Source of the DNA: Mobula birostris
Taxonomy: Eukaryota
Length of the DNA stretch: 64,000 nucleotides
Assembly (NCBI RefSeq): GCF_030028105.1
Contig: NC_092370.1
Location: 201,172,005-201,236,004, forward strand
Direction of reading: 5' to 3'
Below the pieces are notes generated by a model. It was not told the origin of the DNA. It did not search any database and saw only the letters and a list, made by a program, of their open reading frames with translations. Position numbers and translations under genes: made by a program. Shown in pieces: positions 60,640-64,000 of the stretch (position 1 is the stretch's first letter; each line of letters opens with the position of its first letter).

Positions 60640-62530
60640 TATCAAAGGAGACCATGGGTGACTTGGAACATAAAATAATTTTTTTGTGAAGAAATAATGC
60701 ACAACTGAGATACCTAAGAACTTTGCTTTGTTCTTCACAGGGAAATAGGACGAAGGTATTGAAGCATAGAAGAAGAGTATAGATACGTATATTGCATAAA
60801 ACGTGTTGTATAAATAGAGGGAAAGGAGAAGAAAATTAGCAAGTTACAGTACAGAAGGAGAACATTCTTGAAATCTGAGGGAAGAAAGGAGGACAAAATG
60901 AGTAACTATCTTTCATTGCAAGAGAACTGAAATATTGCATGTTATATTCCTGTTCAAAACATCTGGCTTGTGGTTACCAAAGTGAGGCATGCATCTTGGG
61001 TAAACTAGCAAAGATCATGGAATATGAAAAAAAATCTTATTTGGAGAATGGTTTGCAACAGCCATCGTGGATTTGTTAAGGTTGCACATTCAGATGGAGA
61101 TATACATAAAGCTTTTTACTCCTCAAGTTGTGAAGGATGTAAGAAATAAAGTCAATTCAATTCAATTGAATTCATGCCTGAGTAATCTGATTGGGGTCTT
61201 GATTTAAATAGTGCAAATGGTGGGTAGATGATGACCAAATAGACTTCTAAAAGGCATTGGATAAAATGTGATGTAATAGGTTTATTCAGAAAAAGATATA
61301 TATACACATCTTATTAAAGGGTGGTAATAACTTGGGTATCAAGTTGTTGGCTAAAGGATGGGAAAGAGAGCAGAGATAAGTACTTTTCTGACCAGAGAGC
61401 TGGTCCTCAGGCACAGTATTGGGACTGATTCCCTATCGTCACTTAAATAACCTTAAGTGTCATTTTTAAGGTTATGAGTGGTAGAAAACTTGCCTGTGTA
61501 GTGGGTTAGATTATGGCAGAGTTAATGAAGATGGAATTGGGCAAAACCGTGGACAAATGATAAATGCACTTTAAAATTGGTAATAGTGATTTGATAGAAT
61601 TTGAGAGAAACAGCTTGGAGAGGGAACGTAACCTAAATGATACTATTCTGAGAAGTATGCAAGATCCGTGGGTCCATTAGTAGATATAAACAAATCTTTT
61701 GCAAATACAAAACAGGGTTAAAAAAGCACATTATCCTTGTAAATAGTAGCATTGATTAGAAAAACAAATCAGATATTTTACAAATCGTCCTTAAGCTTCA
61801 GGTTACGGATGGTGCCAAGTTCTAGATATGACATTCTAGGAATGATAACAACTGGTGCATAGCTTTTACGGTAATTAATTAGAGGTATCTAAACTTTATT
61901 GATTGAAAAGTTAGTGGAGGTAGGGACACTATTACAAAAGTACTTAGATGAATCTTTGGTGTGTCATAAGTTATAAGAGTATTAACTGAAAGTTAGAAAG
62001 TGGTAAGGATAGGGCTTTTTTTTAACTAATATGAGCACAACAAGGCAAATGACTTCTCACTGCTGTAAATTTCTATGATTCTACGTAGGATGTCAGAGCC
62101 TTTGGTTATATTATGGATGAAGAGCTAGTTATGTGACGTGATTGGAATAGTTGGAATTTTTGTCCTTTGAACATAGGTTAAAGGAAGGCATAAAAGGGAC
62201 ATTGAAAAATTGAACAAGCAAAGCGAAGTGGTTTCTGCTGGTAAGTGGATTAGTATCCAGATGTCATAAAATAATTGGCAAACGATCTAGAAGAACAAAG
62301 TGAATAACTGTTTACACAAGAGCCGTTAACATCAAAGACAGTCTTCCGCATTGGTGGTGAAATTAGATTTGTGCTTTTTTTTATAAAAGATAATTGGACA
62401 TATACTTTAAGAGAACTGACTTAGGGTTGGTGGGAGGGGGAGGGGAAGAACTAGGGTGCATTTATTCTGTCCTGAGCAATTAAGATTCAATGGTCAAATA
62501 GCCTTCTCTCTTCTGTATTCTATGACTCTT
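60640..62530 (+). mobile_element. Highly decayed ancient CR1 fragments
   Basis: Remnant motifs catcgtggatttgttaagg, aaggcattggataaa, cctcaggcacagtattggga; tails ttctatgattct. Confidence 0.5.
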
Positions 62531-63140
62531 ATCATATTGTGGATGTGGTTTATTCATAATGCTCCTCACTAAAATTTGTCATGTGACATTTTTATTAATT
62601 GCTGTCAAAATCAGTACTTATTGGATGCCAGGGTGGTGTACTAATTTTGCATTAGTATCTCCAGTGATTTTCTTCTGTACTGTCACTTAAGACAGATTCT
62701 ATGCAAATACGTAACTGCCAGGACCATCAGAAATTATTTCAGAATTGTTCTCATTTTCCTCCTGCAATGTGTGCACTGGCTATTGCTTGACAATCCACAG
62801 GGGTATAACAGATAGTGGGCTGTAAACAACTGGTAAAAATAGGATATAAAGTTGTGGCAATATAGCAAGCCAGTTAATAGAGAGCTGTAACTGGGGTAAG
62901 GAATGGAGGGCGGTAGGAGTTTCATTCTAGTGCATGATACAGATAGTTGATCAGGCTATAAAGACTTTGGTGCAGAGATTCTGATCTGCAACCCAGATAA
63001 TGGGGAAATGTCAAAGAAGATGCAGCAATGTTTCTATTTGATTTAACAATTTCATACCATGTTTGAGAGTCAGGAAAAGCAGCAATTTAAAATCAGTATG
63101 TGGATTACAAATTCCATATAGATGTCACTGGTGAACTCAC

Positions 63141-63254
63141 TCTGAAATGCAATCCTTTGTGTAGAGGGTCCCGCAGCGTGAACTTGCACATGTGTTGTCT
63201 TTACTTGACTGCTGAGACCTTGACTGGTTTGGGACCTCATTGTCAACAGTTTCA
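63141..63254 (-). other. Candidate spliced exon (114 nt), product unknown
   Basis: tattttag acceptor and AGA|gtgagt donor; length divisible by 3; two open frames; no recognised protein. Confidence 0.25.
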
Positions 63255-63784
63255 CTAAAATACATTGACAGCTGGTTTTGCTATGGTCCCTGATTTAAAG
63301 AAACTGAATGATTGTGAAGTCCCTCACATTCCAAAGCATTCAAAGGTTATTAAAAATTAGACATATCCAAGTTAACATTTGATAAAGTCAGATGCAGTTA
63401 ATTCCCCTATCTCCATTGAAGTGAAAAGGATTACAAACCCGTACCTGTGGGAATTTGTGTAAGTGTTGAAAATCTGCAGATGCCCCTGATAACACAGGTA
63501 CAGCAGGTTCAATAAGGATTCTAATGTTGCAGCATTTTTTGAATGCTTGAGAGGGGTGATCCGGACTTTATATACTTATGAAACAGCACAAAATTTCCAC
63601 ACAGTGTTAGAAGTTATTAGCTACCTGCTGAAATGTCAGGTCTTTAGCAGAAATGTGGGTCCAAAGGTTGGACTTCGAGAGTTATCATAGAGTTACTTTG
63701 AAACAAAATAGCCATGTGACCAGGTACTATAAAAGATAGAACAACCATATTAAAATTTCTAATTTCTAATTTCAATGATACTCT

Positions 63785-64000
63785 TATTTATTATTGACAT
63801 ATAGCGCAGAGAAGGCCCTTCCTGCCCTTCGAGCTGTACCGCCCAATTCAATCCTAGCTCAACCACGGGAAAGTTTACAACAACTAATTAACCTACAGTA
63901 TGTCTTTGGAATGTGGGGGGGGCGGGTGGAACCAGAGCACCCGGAGGAAACCCACACAGTCACAGGGAGAACATCCAAACTCTTTACAGGCAGTGGTAGG
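63785..64000 (-). mobile_element. V-domain SINE, runs off the window end
   Basis: tgtctttggaatgtggg...accagagcacccggaggaaacccac; homologous to 31229-31510. Confidence 0.75.

Overview
AT-rich vertebrate DNA made up largely of transposable elements, with one assembly gap (N run 30211-30579). The repeat set (CR1/HER1-type LINEs, Rex1/Babar LINEs, V-domain tRNA SINEs, Penelope termini) suggests a cartilaginous fish, probably a ray; this is inference. No host protein-coding gene, tRNA or rRNA can be supported, so the window looks intergenic or intronic, with a few weak exon and regulatory candidates. The most notable item is a very decayed, internally deleted provirus at 13722-18598 (-). It has ERV-S/ERV-L-like (class III) gag/pro/RT motifs, a tRNA-Ser-like primer site, a gamma-type Env TM and a duplicated Gag segment. 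Also present are minimal hammerhead ribozymes in Penelope termini, a 413-bp bipartite RTE-derived element with a structured 5' end, a HERO-like RLE LINE fragment, a non-autonomous PNMA-like Gypsy element and several nested insertions with visible target-site duplications (TSDs). All family calls come from motif recognition by eye. Boundaries without a stated TSD are approximate.
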